A DNA stretch of 64,000 nt. Source: Callorhinchus milii (Eukaryota). The stretch spans positions 25,606,001-25,670,000 of the forward strand of contig NW_024704742.1 in the NCBI RefSeq assembly GCF_018977255.1. Direction: 5' to 3'. How positions within the stretch are numbered: position 1 is the first letter of the stretch; every line of letters starts with the position of its first letter. Shown here piece by piece: positions 35,717 through 48,859 of the stretch. The notes beneath the pieces are model-generated. The model saw only the letters and a program-made list of their open reading frames with translations. It searched no databases and was not told the DNA's origin. The position numbers and the translations under genes were made by a program.

Positions 35717-37067
35717 TCAACTAGATTCTGATCTTCCATCAATAACACTAACCTTGGAGCCAACTCAACACCAACAAGATCCCAATTACCTCTCCCTGCG
35801 TTCGCCCCTTCTGGAGATAACCACTAGTTGCTCATTAGACAGTGTGACATTTTCTGCTGATTTGCTTTATTCAATACACGTTGTTAAACATTATTTTAAA
35901 AAGGCAATTAAATGACTTACATAAAAATAAAATAACAGATTTTCAAAAAAATGCAGGAGCAAAAGAGCACTCAACTTTGATTTTTTGTGTTGAGTTAAGG
36001 CACCAAGTTTGCCACTCTTCTTAAGATAATAATAATCCTTGCATTTGATATAGTGCCTTATCATGTCTTCGAGACGTCTCAAAGCGCTTCACAGAATATT
36101 CCGTAAAGTGAATTGACTGTATATTTTGTGGGCGAAATGCAGCAGCCAATTGCACACAGCAGAGTCCCACAAACAGTTGTGGATTGAGTAGCCAAATTAT
36201 TGTTTGGTCAAGATGATTTGATTGTCATGACTGTTCGTTGTCACTGAGTAATACACAAGTAGCTGGCCACGCTCCTGGCACTTGGATGGAGCCAGTGAAG
36301 TTATCCCCAATAAGAAAAAAATTGAGAAGTACTGCAAATTGCCAAGGTTCTTTCGCTGAATGACACAGAGAAACAATGAGCCAGATTCATTAATTGGTTT
36401 GGCCCCCCCACTCACCCAAGTCGTTTAAACCATTCAAAATTTCAGCCTGTGCTAATTCAATAAATGTTTAACATAATGGCAGCAAATTAACAAAGATTAT
36501 GATGAATGACTGGAGCATTTGAATCTGAGCATAGGCTGCGAAGGTTTGTTGCTGTAAGCAGGTTAATGCAGGCTGACACACTACTGATACAATGATGGGT
36601 ATCTATTATTCAGGAGTCACTGTGATCCCTGTGGTCCCTCATGGCTCAGACACACCATCTGGAAGATGCTCACCCCCCTGAATCCTGTCCTGTGCTATGA
36701 ATTGATCTCCTGCAAACCACACAGCCCCTACACATTATAGTAAATCCTGTGAAGTCGCTTGAGACATTTTCCTGACGTGAAAGCCTCTTTATCAAATGCG
36801 AGGATTATTAGTAGAGCTGAATACTGCATGTACTTGTAAGTTTTGTTGCGTCATCTGGAGCCTAGGAAAGACAACTGTTGAGGCTGATCTTGCCATTAAT
36901 AGGGATGAACTACGAGGGGTGATTGGACAAGGTTCAGTATGCAAGATGCTTAATGCAGTATAAAATGCAGAGCCATAATACTTTCAGATATATCAAAGGC
37001 ACCAGGAGAAGAGAGTACTTCAGGGTTATGAAACTCAATTTTAGGATAGGCACCAGGAAGTATTTAT

Positions 37068-37490
37068 AATAATAATAATACTTACAGTTGATACAGCAGC
37101 TTATCATGAAAGGTCTCAAAGTTTTCTGCAAAGTGCAGTGACAGTGTATTTATAGGTTTTCAAAAAAACGCAGCCAACTTGCACACAGCATTGTCCTGCC
37201 AAACAGCCATGAAGTGATTTTTGTTTCTCTCCAGGGGATTGTTGGTCAGGACAGAGTGAGAAATTCCTTTCTCATTTTGAATAGTGTCAGTGGATCTTTA
37301 ACATCTGTCCAGCCCTTGGGATGTTCTCCCAACGTGAAAGGCACAATGCAAATGTAATTTGTTTTTGTTGTTTAACGCCACCTGAACTGGCAGGTGCGAC
37401 CTTGTCTTAACATCTCATCTGAAGGATGGCACCTCTGACAATGCAGCACTCAACTCTCTCAGCATTGTATTAGTGTCAGTCTAGAATCCA
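37068..37490 (-). mobile_element. Deu SINE with an antisense L2 tail stub at 37311-37372
   Basis: taacatctcatctgaaggatggcacctctgacaatgcagcactc (Deu core, minus strand). The stub is flanked by tttaac repeats. Confidence 0.8.
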
Positions 37491-39049
37491 TGAGCTCAAA
37501 ATGCATAGAGTGTAATTCACAGCTAGCATAGGTTATCAGGAAGGGTAGTTGAAATCAAGCCATTGGACTTATTTAAGAAACAATTTGATAAGATATTGAG
37601 AAATCAAACCAGAACAAACTGGCTTTCATCTTTCAAATCTCTCTGTGATCTTGTGCAACCGACCTTTCAGTGTTAGCTTCAACGTGGATGGAGATAATAA
37701 TCCTTGCATTCATATGTTACTATTATCCAAACAGTAGTGACTGATAGTAAACCCGGGTAGAATCAGGGCATTGTGAAATGGATGGAATAAACCTGCACAA
37801 AATAGCAAAGAAACCTGAATACCCAGTTATGCTTCGGAATATGGAAATGAAAGTATTTCCAAAAATGTTTGAATTTTATGGAGGTTCAGAACCAAATCAG
37901 GAAGAATGGAGCACTGCCTCTCCATATTTGACTACCCAATGTTACCACCTCCTCCACAGCCAGACTCCCAATTTGTAAAAGACAGACAAAGGAATTATGT
38001 TGAATGTCGTTGGGTGCTTACCAATCAAGAAGAATCTCCAAAACCTTTGACTCTCCTTTTGGCAGTGATGCATTAATATTGACTTGGAGTAACCTCTTCT
38101 CATCATTCCCCCCATCCCCCTCCGATAATTGAGCTGCTATGTTAATTAGTTTGCTTTTTTACAAAATTGACATACAGTATAACCAAAACCAAGTCACAGC
38201 AATTTGCCAAACACAATTTCTATTATTTTTAAATATACTTTCTTGGCAATGAATAGGAGGGTCAGACTTATCTAGAAACTTCTTATGTACCAAGTTGATG
38301 GATACCGTGCAGTAATTTTATGATAGCTATTCATTTGTTACTATTATCCAAAGAGTAATGACTGCTAGTAAATCCCGGTAGAATCAGGGCACTGTGAGAT
38401 GGATGGTGGGAGGACCTTGTTTCAGAAGAGGATGAGGACAGAGACTGAAGAGGTGAGAAGAAGAAAGCAGAGATGCTCATATTATATTAGGAAGGTTGAA
38501 GAGGAAAGCTAGAATTCAAAGATTGCCAATAAAAACATCCAAGTTACGAGACTTATCTGCTTTATTGCTGTGGCAGCGATTGTATTACAGTTTGTGGTAC
38601 GTACAATAAAAAAAATTGCAGGTTTGATCTTCAGGACCAATTCAGGATTCCAAATGGATTCTGGTTACCTTTCACACAAGAGGTGTATTTTCTTGTTTCA
38701 CCTTACCCAATGACAGCTTTTTAATTCTCTTAATACCCTGTTGATAGTCTTCACAATATAAAAGAGCACCAAATAATCTAGGTGACAGATAGACACTCGG
38801 TAATCCCCAGTTTCAATTGCTAGCTGCAAATAGAGATTAGAGAAAAAGAGACTTCCCAGTTAATGGGTGATATTATGGAATCTTGTGGTTGGGGAGTTTT
38901 ACGTGTTGTTCTTGAAGCACAAGGTTTGCGTTTAGTGTCTGGCACATTTTGCTTTGAGCTACACACTGGTTATAATAGGTACATTTATTTGCTTTTCATT
39001 AAATTCTGTGGATCCCAGCTCGCCAGCAGCATTGCTGGGACAGAATAAA

Positions 39050-39335
39050 TAAATCGGTCCTTCTGATGAGACTTTAAACTGTCTGTTAAAGATCCAATGG
39101 CACTATTCGAAAAAAGAAGGGAATTTGCCCTGATGTCCTAGCCAACAACCCTCCAAATAAAAATGGTCGTTAAGTTCATGGTTGTTTGTGGGGCATCACT
39201 ACACAAATTGACTGCCATGTCTGCCTACAAAATACATACAAAATACAACACATTAAAATCCAGTTTAAAATCTACTTTAAGATGTCTTGATGATGTAACA
39301 TCCTCAATTAAATGCAACTATTATTATTAATAATA
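39050..39335 (+). mobile_element. Deu SINE, 5' truncated
   Basis: gatgagactttaaac..gttaaagatccaatggcactattcgaa...tgtcctagccaa. Confidence 0.78.
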
Positions 39336-39783
39336 ATTAATACAAAACATTTTTCCAAAACTTTTATGAATTCAGACTTTTTAAATGTTGGTCCTTTCTC
39401 ACCTTTTTTTCACCTTTTCCCCTTCTACCCCATCCTGCCCCGCATTGCCCACAATCGTTTCGTTTTGCCAAATGGTAGCTGAATGAATGACCACTTGACT
39501 TGCTCCCAGACCCTGTCATTAGGAAGCGTGCAATTCTATTTTATAATAATAATAATCCTTGGATTTGATATAGCGCCTTATCACGTCTTTGAGATGTCTC
39601 AAAGCACTTCACAGAATCGACTGAAAAGTGATTTCACTGTATATTTTGTGGGCAAAACATGATAGCCAATTGTTCGCAGCATTTTTCCTTCCTTGCTTCC
39701 TTATCTTGGCCTGGAACTTGCTGGGGTCGGCGTGGTGGCGAAAGTGAAGAAGGACGTAGATCCTTAGCCAGTAAAACAAGCCC

Positions 39784-39860
39784 AATAAGAACATAAGAAT
39801 TTGCTAGACAAAAGAAGATCAAAGTCCATCCAGTTCGCCTTCCACCATCCTGGCAGTCGC
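39784..39860 (-). mobile_element. CR1-type 3' stub (same family as 27740-27900)
   Basis: ataagaacataagaatttgctaga...gtccatccagttcgccttccaccatcctggcagtc. Confidence 0.75.
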
Positions 39861-40422
39861 ATAACATGTTGTGTCCCAAACTGTATTTTAATAAGAACAT
39901 AAGGGTATTTTTTATTTCTCACCGCCCCCTGGTTCCAATTTCCTTTCATGACTATCACTAATCCAATCTACAGGAACAATTCCACAGGGACCATACACTT
40001 GATGGTGCTTCTTTCAATAGCTGGACTTCAGGTTTGAGGCAGCACAGTGACTGTCACCAGGATATTCAACCAAGGAGAGCATCATAACTGAGCCTGATTC
40101 TCTTCTTGCCAGTCGATCATACACCTGCCCTCCCCACTGGGGTCACTGGATAGTATTCAAGTCTCTGGTTGATTTATTTCTTTTACCTAATCCTGGACCT
40201 TTCAATCTTATTGTGGCACCCACGGCATTGCCCTTCTGTACCTGGATTACATATGAATTGTTTGGACAGAGTTCAGCAATTCATGTAAAATTTCAATGCA
40301 AAATGTTTTTTCCGGTTCACATTTTTATTGTAATGCCTTGCAAAGAAAAAAGGCTGAAATTGTCTTGAAGTCCAGTTATTGAAATGCATTGTTGCCATTA
40401 AGAATTTTCCCCAAACTTCATT

Positions 40423-40792
40423 GGAGTTCTGTAGCTCAGTGGTTAGAGCGCTCGCCTTGCAAGTGAGAAACCTGGGTTCGATTCCTGGCAAGACGAAATG
40501 TTGGGCAAGTTTCCTTCCTCCACCCGCCTCTGTTTACCTAGCATAGCAGTAAGTAGAAACCCGGTTGTTAGTCGATTGGTAGATCACTTTTCCGGAGGTA
40601 ATAGTTCCTTAAAAAAATAATAGATTGGTCACTTCAATCCACGATTGTTTGTGGGACACTGCTGTACGCAATTGACTGCCGTGTTTTGGCCACAAAATAT
40701 ACAGTCAATTTACTTTACAGCATATTCTGTGAAGCGATTTGAAACGCCTGGAAGATGTGATAAAACACTATATCAATTAATAATAATAATAT
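40423..40792 (+). mobile_element. SINE family A, full length, long subfamily
   Basis: A box tagctcagtgg, B box ggttcgattcc, extra block cctctgtttacctagc..agtaagtagaaacccggttgttagtcgattgg. Confidence 0.92.
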
Positions 40793-40929
40793 AATTGATG
40801 AAAATCAGTAGAAGGATCTATTTTCTGTCCACATTACTGCTCCAGTGCAGCTGCTAACTTATTGTCTTCAGGAATATACACTCCAGAATACCAATAGCGT
40901 GCTGGGTCAATGTGTGTTACGACAGCATG

Positions 40930-41026
40930 TTTGTGTGTGTGTGTGTAAGTGTGAGTATGTAGTTTGAGTGTGTTAGTCTGAAAGTGTATGTAAGAATGTG
41001 TGTGTGAGGGTGTGTGAGAATGTGTG
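40930..41026. repeat. Degenerate (GT)n microsatellite
   Basis: Interrupted tgtgtg runs. Confidence 0.75.
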
Positions 41027-41582
41027 AAGTCTTAAAAAGATGGTTGAGTGGTAAACTCTTTAAACCTGATTTTGGACGAGGTAATGCAAATCCTGGAAGA
41101 CACATTAATTAGTAATGCTATGTCATATTTGTGTGGATAATCTGCCCAGAGAAGACAGCAAGCATGCAACTACATGATGGAGACCATCAACGGTACAGCA
41201 GGATGACAGGACGTATATGTATGAATAAGGATTGTTGATGTAAAAATGACATAAACAATAATAATAATCCTTGCATTCGATATAGAACCTTTCACGTCAG
41301 AAGGATGTCTCAAAGCGCTTCAGAGGATTTACTGTACAGTGCAGTGACTGCAATTTGTGAAATACTGCAAATAGTGCCTCAAAAGTCAACAAAAAATAGG
41401 TTTATAGACACTTCTTGGTAACTTTTTTTCAAACAAATTAAAATACATAGTGACAGCAGACTGTGACACTTGCATAAAACGCCATTCCCTTTCAGTACCT
41501 TCAGAGTTTAATGGCTTGAAATGGAGCAGTGCCTACAGTTTGACACCAAATCTGTGCTTGTCAGATGTTGAATGACCAACTA

Positions 41583-41868
41583 GTGACTATCTTCCTTGAG
41601 GGGAGGCCAGTGGGGTCTCCTTGTAGTTGAACTGGCTCCAAGGTGACATGTTTGGCAGTGGAATGTCAGAATCGAGCCAGCCCTCTGTGGTGGTCTCGGT
41701 TGTCCGCTTCCAGAGCCAGGTGGGTCGGCAATATTCCAGGCCACTGCTGATGACAGCACTGCCAACCTGGCTCATCAGCAGGACCTGGAAGGGCAGACCA
41801 GTCACTGGGGGCAGGGAGTCATCCCACTCAGCTCCTGTTAACCCTGCAAGCCAAAGCCTTGACAGGTA
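41583..41868 (+). repeat. Family X copy
   Basis: Aligns closely with 48860-49115 (gtgactatc.tccttg...ctgctgatgacagcac.gccaacctggctcatcagcag.acctggaagggcagac.agtcactgggg). Confidence 0.88.
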
Positions 41869-43789
41869 AGCATGATGACAAGTTTGGTCAGACACCAAGC
41901 TGACCAAACAAAAAACCAAAACAAAAAATTTGGTAACACATTTCGACCCTCCAGCAACTACAATCTAAAAGGAGTGAGGCTGTATGTTATAATCATCGAG
42001 AGTTAACATCCCCCTGCTCCTCCTTTGACAGAAGAGCACATAATAATATTGTGTCACGCATTTCTGAAATGCCACAAGGACAAAGTATAATAACATCCTG
42101 CACAACATTCCTGACACTAATAACACAGTGTGAATGTTTGCAGGAATGTGTCCTAATTAATTAACCTCCGTTTCCAACTTCCTTTCCCCTGGTGCCAGTA
42201 GCCATATGGAACCTCTAAAACATTAATTTGCTAATAGTTCAGATTTAGGCTAGATTGAGGCAGCTCTGTATAGATTTTTTTTGTTTGTAAAAAAAACGAT
42301 GTCTTTAAAAGACAAGTGGATGCTGTTTCAACTTCAGAGCTATTAACTAGAGGTCTTAATGGTTCTGTGACCCAAAGGCCTGCAAAGAGAGGCAAGCCGA
42401 CAATCAGCAGACGCCACAATCCCCAGGCCCTGCCTCTGCACCTTCAAAGCATCTGTGGGTGCCCACGCAGCAATTTCCTCCTACATAATCTAACAATTAT
42501 AATACAGTCGTGGGGGCTTTCTTTTCTGCTCTGGCCGCTTTTCTTCTTTGAGGCTGTTGTCCAGGCACTTGTCAAGGGATCCTGCTGGAGTGATCTGAGG
42601 GGACACAGATACTGATAAATTTCCTTTTGATCTCTGCTCTGCAAAACCACTCACTTAGAAACAAGCATGTCTGTGAATGGAAGGGGAAGGAGAGGGCTGT
42701 GAAGTTCTATCTACAACCTCTCTTAACAGAGCAGCAAATGCACTCGTAACTCTTATTAGGGTCACCTCAGATCAATTCAGTCAATGAGAGCTGTTTGACT
42801 GCATTAGATTTACCTCAAATCTGGGAAAGGAGACAAACATATATTGAGCTGTACTAAATTAAACTCTCAGCGATTCCTCAATCGGGGGTCTAATTCCAAG
42901 GGACGGTCACCTCCTCCCTCCCCCCTGTTCAGCTCCGGCACTGTTTGGGGCTCTGAGACACTACCCTGCGTGAAGGGTGCAATAACAATGCAACCAAATG
43001 TAAATTTGTGGCATTTCTCTCTTTAAACTTTTATTTTTTAATTTTGCAAATGCAATATGAAAACACCAGAAATAACGCTCGAAGCTAATGAGAGTAGCTC
43101 ATTGTCAAGACTAAGTGCTTTGGACGTTGACTGTCTGAGACAGGCTCACAAAGAAGGGATACATTTAAAGACCTTGTGTCTATGTGATTTGGTTTTCAAT
43201 GCCTTTTTCTGAATGTTATCACAATTGTACAAGATAGCACTAGAAACAAATGCTTTGATTTCCCAAGTTGCTTAGATATTAACTACTTTACAACAGTTTT
43301 ATAAAGCACCTTTCATGTCGGGAGAGCATCACAAAGTGCTTCACAGAGCTCGGGAGAGGGTAAGCTGAGGGGGGATGGTGGGCGGTTCAATGGTCGCTAA
43401 AAACACGGTGAAAATTAAAAGTCCTAAGGTCTGCTTTAAAAATGGGGAAGGAGGAAGTGAGGCAGAAGGACTATGGGATGGAGATCCAGTGCGAGGAAGT
43501 GGATAATAAGTTATTAATGAAAGAGTTTCTCAATATATTTGCAATATATTTCTCTTCAATAACAAGTAAACAATCCTTTTTTTTCTGGTACACTGGAGTT
43601 GTATATTTTTTCAAATAAAAACGCCAAGGTTTACGATTGCTCCTGTAGCTGCTGAGTGCTCAGTGTTGCTGGTGGTGAGTGAAGATGACTATCTCGATGA
43701 GCAGCTTGGGAGTTCATGGGTTACAGCTTGTCACCTTCTTGTTTTATGAAAGAATTATTGGGAAAAATTACTTTTGAGATCCGATCCTA

Positions 43790-43930
43790 AGCACGGCACC
43801 TCCAACAATGCAGTACTCCCCCAACATTGCATTGGAGTGTCAGCCAAGATTGTGCGAGTTCAAAGTCTCAACATGGGGCTTGAACCAACAATCATCTGAC
43901 TCAGAGGCAAGAGCGCTACCAGGCTGATGC
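43790..43930 (-). mobile_element. Deu SINE tRNA head fragment
   Basis: ggcacctccaacaatgcagtactccc...ggagtgtcagcc...ggggcttgaacc...tctgactcagaggcaagagcgctacc. Similar at 56290-56430 and 50570-50680. Confidence 0.78.
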
Positions 43931-45466
43931 TGATTTATCAACCTGGAAAGGATGAAGGGTTGAGTGGACCCACAGGGATTTAAACCCCAAACCTTCTGAT
44001 CCCAAGTCTCAGTTCGACTTCACTGAAGCTGGATTGTGGACAGAGGAAGTTCTTGATGTCCAGCAGGAGATCAGTGTCAGAGCCACGATCCAGAGGATCA
44101 GCTTGAGACACGTTCAGATACTTGAAAGATCCACTATTTACATACCTTTTTGTGAATTTCACAAATTATACCTTATTCTGTGCATTACATAAAATAATGC
44201 AACAAAGCATCAATCACCAATAAATTCTTAGAAGTCTTTTGGGTCTTTTGGGTTTGAATACATGCTTTACTTACAAGCTGCTGACTGAAAGGTTGTGCTC
44301 AACACTAAACACATAAAAAATAACAGTTTAGGAAAAATAAAAAATAAAAACTGAGCCAGATTATTCCTTTGCCTTTCATGTCAGTTTATTTGTTACATAA
44401 ATATGTAGTTAATGTGTCATCAAACAATCATTGCTTTGTGGTAATGCAGCAAAGTACTTTACCAACACCTTAGTTCCACTGAAAGGCCTTTTGATCTCCT
44501 GTGCTGTGGGTGTACAGGAAAGGTGGAGAACAGGGAGGTATATAGGTGCTTATTAGCCTTAAATTACACCGTGGCAGCAATGATTTAAGCTGTCATCTGT
44601 CCCAGCAGGCACCACATTGCCGAGGTGCTTGACCTGATGGTCTCAACCCAGTCTTGTATGGCATGTGGAGCCCATGGATATGAAAAGAACCCTGCTCCAG
44701 ATGAGTTCTGACGAGGGGAGGAATGCTTGCAGGCTATTGACAGTAAACGGCGGCACATGGTTTACATTTGTGCTTAGCAGATATTAAAATGCAAACGAAA
44801 CAATGCAATAGGTAAAACATTCTCCTGCTGACAGCCAACTAAATAAGCTCTCTTACAGATAACCTCATATCCCCCTCCTTCGTACTTTGACAATGCCTCA
44901 CAATGAAAAAAAGCATCAGAGGGCAAAACAGATACTAATTAACGTACAATTATGTGCATAAGCGGCTGTCTGAGCCCCAAAGGAATCAAAGGGGTTTGAT
45001 TCTATCCATTGCACTTACAGGTAATTGCTTTAAATTTTTTTGATTTTTATCTCTGAAGAGCTACAAAGTGAAACTTATTGCTGCGATGTTGCTTGAAACT
45101 GCATGTTCCATTAATTAAAAGCAGAGAGACAGTGCAATCCTGCTAATTACACCTTTTGAAAGGAAAACGCCAGTAAACCACAAGTGCTTATCACAGAGCT
45201 GGCAGGCTTTGGTTTTTAATTGTGTCTGACTAGATCCTCCCTTTTCCTCTCCTCCCATGACTTTTACAGACAGAAGTTTCTTTAAGAATGTTCTTTCTTA
45301 ACCAAAGAAGTAATCTGCAAGTATTTTTCCAGGGTCAAATGCATTTCTTTCACATTTCTTCGACTTCAGAATAGCTAAGGTCGAAGCAGCACGCATAATA
45401 TTTAAACCTGAAATGCTTACATTTTAACATGCTGTTTTTTTCCCCAATTGTAAATGCCCCATTTGT

Positions 45467-45815
45467 AATAATAATCTTTGCATTTGATATAGAGTTGTAT
45501 CACATCTTCGAGACGTCTCAAAGCCCTTCACAGTTTATCATGTAAAATGAATAGCCTGAATATTTTGTGGGCAAAACGTGTTAGCCAATTGCACAAGGCA
45601 GTGTCCCACAAACAGTTGTGGATTGAGTGACCAAATTACTATGTCTAAAACTTTTTTTACTTTTGAAGGGAATATTAGCCCTGGATTCTTACTTATTGCT
45701 AGGCAAACAGAAGCGTGTGAAGTAAGGAAACTTGCCTAACGTTTCGCCCTGCCCAGGAATCAAACCCGGATCCTCTCGCATGCAAGGCAAGTGATCTAAC
45801 CAAGCTACAGGACAC
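45467..45815 (-). mobile_element. SINE family A, full length, older long-type copy
   Basis: Tail, body, cttattgctaggcaaacagaagcgtgtgaagtaaggaaacttgcc, head. Confidence 0.88.
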
Positions 45816-48019
45816 CATAAAATGCAAAGAAACTGTGCCTTCCCCCCCATCTGTTCAATATTCAAATCCTGCAGGTAACATGCAGAATACATTGGTGCAT
45901 CATTTGTATAATTCATTGGTTTGTTACTAATCCTTCAGCTTGTTCAGCTGCCACCTCTGATTCATACAGCTTTGAAAAAATACTTTGGGCATTGAGGGGC
46001 TGAGTAGGTCAGTGGGTTCACCCACTATCTGGGTTTGAATCCAGCACATTAATGATAGGATAAAAATTTTCTCTGTTTTGCTGACTACTCTGAAAGGTCG
46101 CATCTTGATTCCTACTGGTTGCAGGGTTGAAGCACCAAACTACATAAATTGCCACCAAACTGGTAATTACTGTGTTACCTGCAGAATCCAGAGGTATAGG
46201 TAATGGAGGTAATGGAAACATTCACATAACTGTGCCAAGTTGCTTAGAGGTTGAGGATAATAATATAACATATAACACATACCTTGCATTTGATACCTTA
46301 TCAGATGCCTTATCAGTTCATTGCAATGTCTCAAAGTGCTTCCCTTGATTTAATAATAAAAATAATAATCCTTATATTTGGTATAGTACCTTTCATATCA
46401 AGAGGATGTCACAAAGTGCTCCACAGGATATACTGTGAAGTGCATTGATTGTGTGTTTTGAGAGCAAGCATGGCAGCCAATTTGAAGGTAGAGATTTGTT
46501 CCACTAGTTCTAGTCATTCTACGGTATCTCACCCAAATAGCCGTTTTTAATGCCTTAGCCCAGCCGGCGAGTGTTGGAAAACTATTCATTCACAGAGGAA
46601 GTTACAGTTGTTGCTGGTCTTCTCACCCATTGCTGCAGTTTCAATGAACTACAAAACAAGGTTACCTGTGTGTTAACACATCCTATTAGTGATGTGTTAT
46701 TTATTTCATAACAGCACGTTATACAAACATTTCATAACAGCACGTTATACAAAGCACCATTCTGGCTGCTCCATTATTCTTTTTTTAAAAATTCTGTACA
46801 TTACATGAAGCAAATTTTTCAGAGATAATACAAAGCCTATGCTTTACATCTTTTACTAGGGCACAAAACCCTGGGATATCCCGAGACAGATAAAACAATG
46901 CAAACTACTATCCATTTAACTGAATGCAAGGAGATCCTAGTCATACAAACCAGTTAATGCTGTTTGTCTGACTCTGAGACAGAAGTGCTCCGGAGGCATT
47001 ATGCCAGAGAAACAAAAGAACCATTTCAAACCTGGATGAGCCCAAAGGCGGATTACAAGAAACCCAATAACTTATTAAAAAAGGTGCACCGGTCTTCATT
47101 CCCATTGCATGTTCATGTTAGTCCTTAAAGGTTATCACACTACTGACAGAATTTGGTGAGAATTATAAACTATCTTCATGTGCANTTTTTTCATCCTATC
47201 GTATTTACTGTTTTGAAAGAATGGTATATAAAATCTAATCAGTCATTCTACGATATCTCCCTCAAGTGGCCGTATTAATGATTAGTTATATAATATATTA
47301 TATATATGTATGTTTGTGTGTATATGGTAATTTGCCACTTGATTTCAGGTTCCTTTGCACTAATTACAAATTCTATTTCCAATGACCAAATTATACCTCT
47401 GGGCTTTATTGTTGGGAGAACACTTTGGGATGTGTTCCTGACATGAAAGGTACCATTTCAAATGCAAGGATTATCTTGTTTTATTATGCAACGATTATTA
47501 CTGTATTATTATTACCTTGAAAATTATATTAGTGCTATGATGGTTTCTGATGCTATAATCTTTCATTTATGTGTGATCCTTTGAAAGTTTAGGATTGAAT
47601 AGTTGAAACTGTCTCCTCTTTGAAAATCTTTCTCAGTTTGTCTGTGATTTCCCATTACAATCAGTAAAAAAGCACTATTTTTAGGGATCACCACATGATA
47701 CATCCCTTTATTCGGACGGACAATCTGCCTGTTATAGGTCCCAGTTCCTAGTTGATAAATAAATGTGTATACTATAGTCATAAAACAGAATGCTTCAACT
47801 GGCTAATTGAACTTGTTTTATCTGTTCATCTCTTATCTATTTCTGAGCTATCTAACAAATCAATATTAATAATAATCATAATCCTTGCATTTGATATAGT
47901 GCCTTATTGCGTCATCAAGACATCTCAAAGTGCTTTACAGGTTGTACTGTAAAGTTGTTTTCACTGTGTGTTTTGTGGGCAAAAGCTAATGGGCTATAAA
48001 ATTTACGCTGCTCAAATAA

Positions 48020-48330
48020 ATCAATGACCCCTGAGTCTTAAGTTCGAATCCACCCCCATCAGATGGGTTGAAAGTCTCCTAAGTTTTTAGCCACAAGGAT
48101 CCTATGTGAAACAAGTTGGGACAGCTGGATGGTTTTCAAAGTGAGAGGCAACTACTCCTTAACCCAGATCCTCATGTAAGTGGTTTTGGCAAAGTGAGCA
48201 GAGATCCAGGGTGAGATTATTTCCTCTCTTGTTCAAAGTCTGAGGATCTGGTTTAAGCAGTGATATTGGGTATAGACCAGATCTCACACCTGGGTGACAG
48301 GTATCCTTCTGTTGTATCTTGAGGAACCCA
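48020..48330 (+). mobile_element. LF-SINE-like relic
   Basis: agttcgaatcc (B box)...gaaagtc...cctatgtgaaacaagttgg...ttggca....agcagaga.cca.gg, collinear with the remembered LF-SINE consensus. Confidence 0.5.
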
Positions 48331-48859
48331 GAACTCACAAAATTTTGTAATTATTATTAAATTATGTTTAATACATTTATGTTAAAAGAAGAAAGGATTT
48401 TCTGCCTGTCCCACAGAACAGGTCAGATACTGGACAGTAAAAAAACTGACAAATTCTAAGCATGTGGCCCAATTACCGATTCTGTGAAAGTGTTTAATCA
48501 CTTGCTGACCTATTAAGGATGTAACAGAATAACAGCAAATAATGCCTAAGAGTCTGGATTGATGCCTTGACCTTGGCTTGTGAGAAATGCCAACGCTGAC
48601 AGAGTAATTTGTAGTGTTGCACATGGTAACAATAAATAACACTTGTCACTGGAACAGTTACGCTCTTTGCCTTAAGTGTCCAAAAGATTACTTCCAATAG
48701 GTGTGAAAGCTAACCAGTTTCATCACAGTTTTATTGCTTTGAGATGTTAGAAATTGTGTTTCTATGTTAGTCACAATGCAACAAATTGCAATCGTACTTT
48801 TCACTGCCCCCTCAGGGATGGTGGTTGTCCATTCTCTTGTCTCAGTGGCTCCTGTTGAC

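Noticed and set aside
46703-46753. Perfect 25-bp tandem duplication (period 26)
   Set aside because: Simple slippage duplication with no further structure.
47185-47185. Single N base
   Set aside because: Assembly ambiguity or contig join, not biology; spacing across it may be unreliable.
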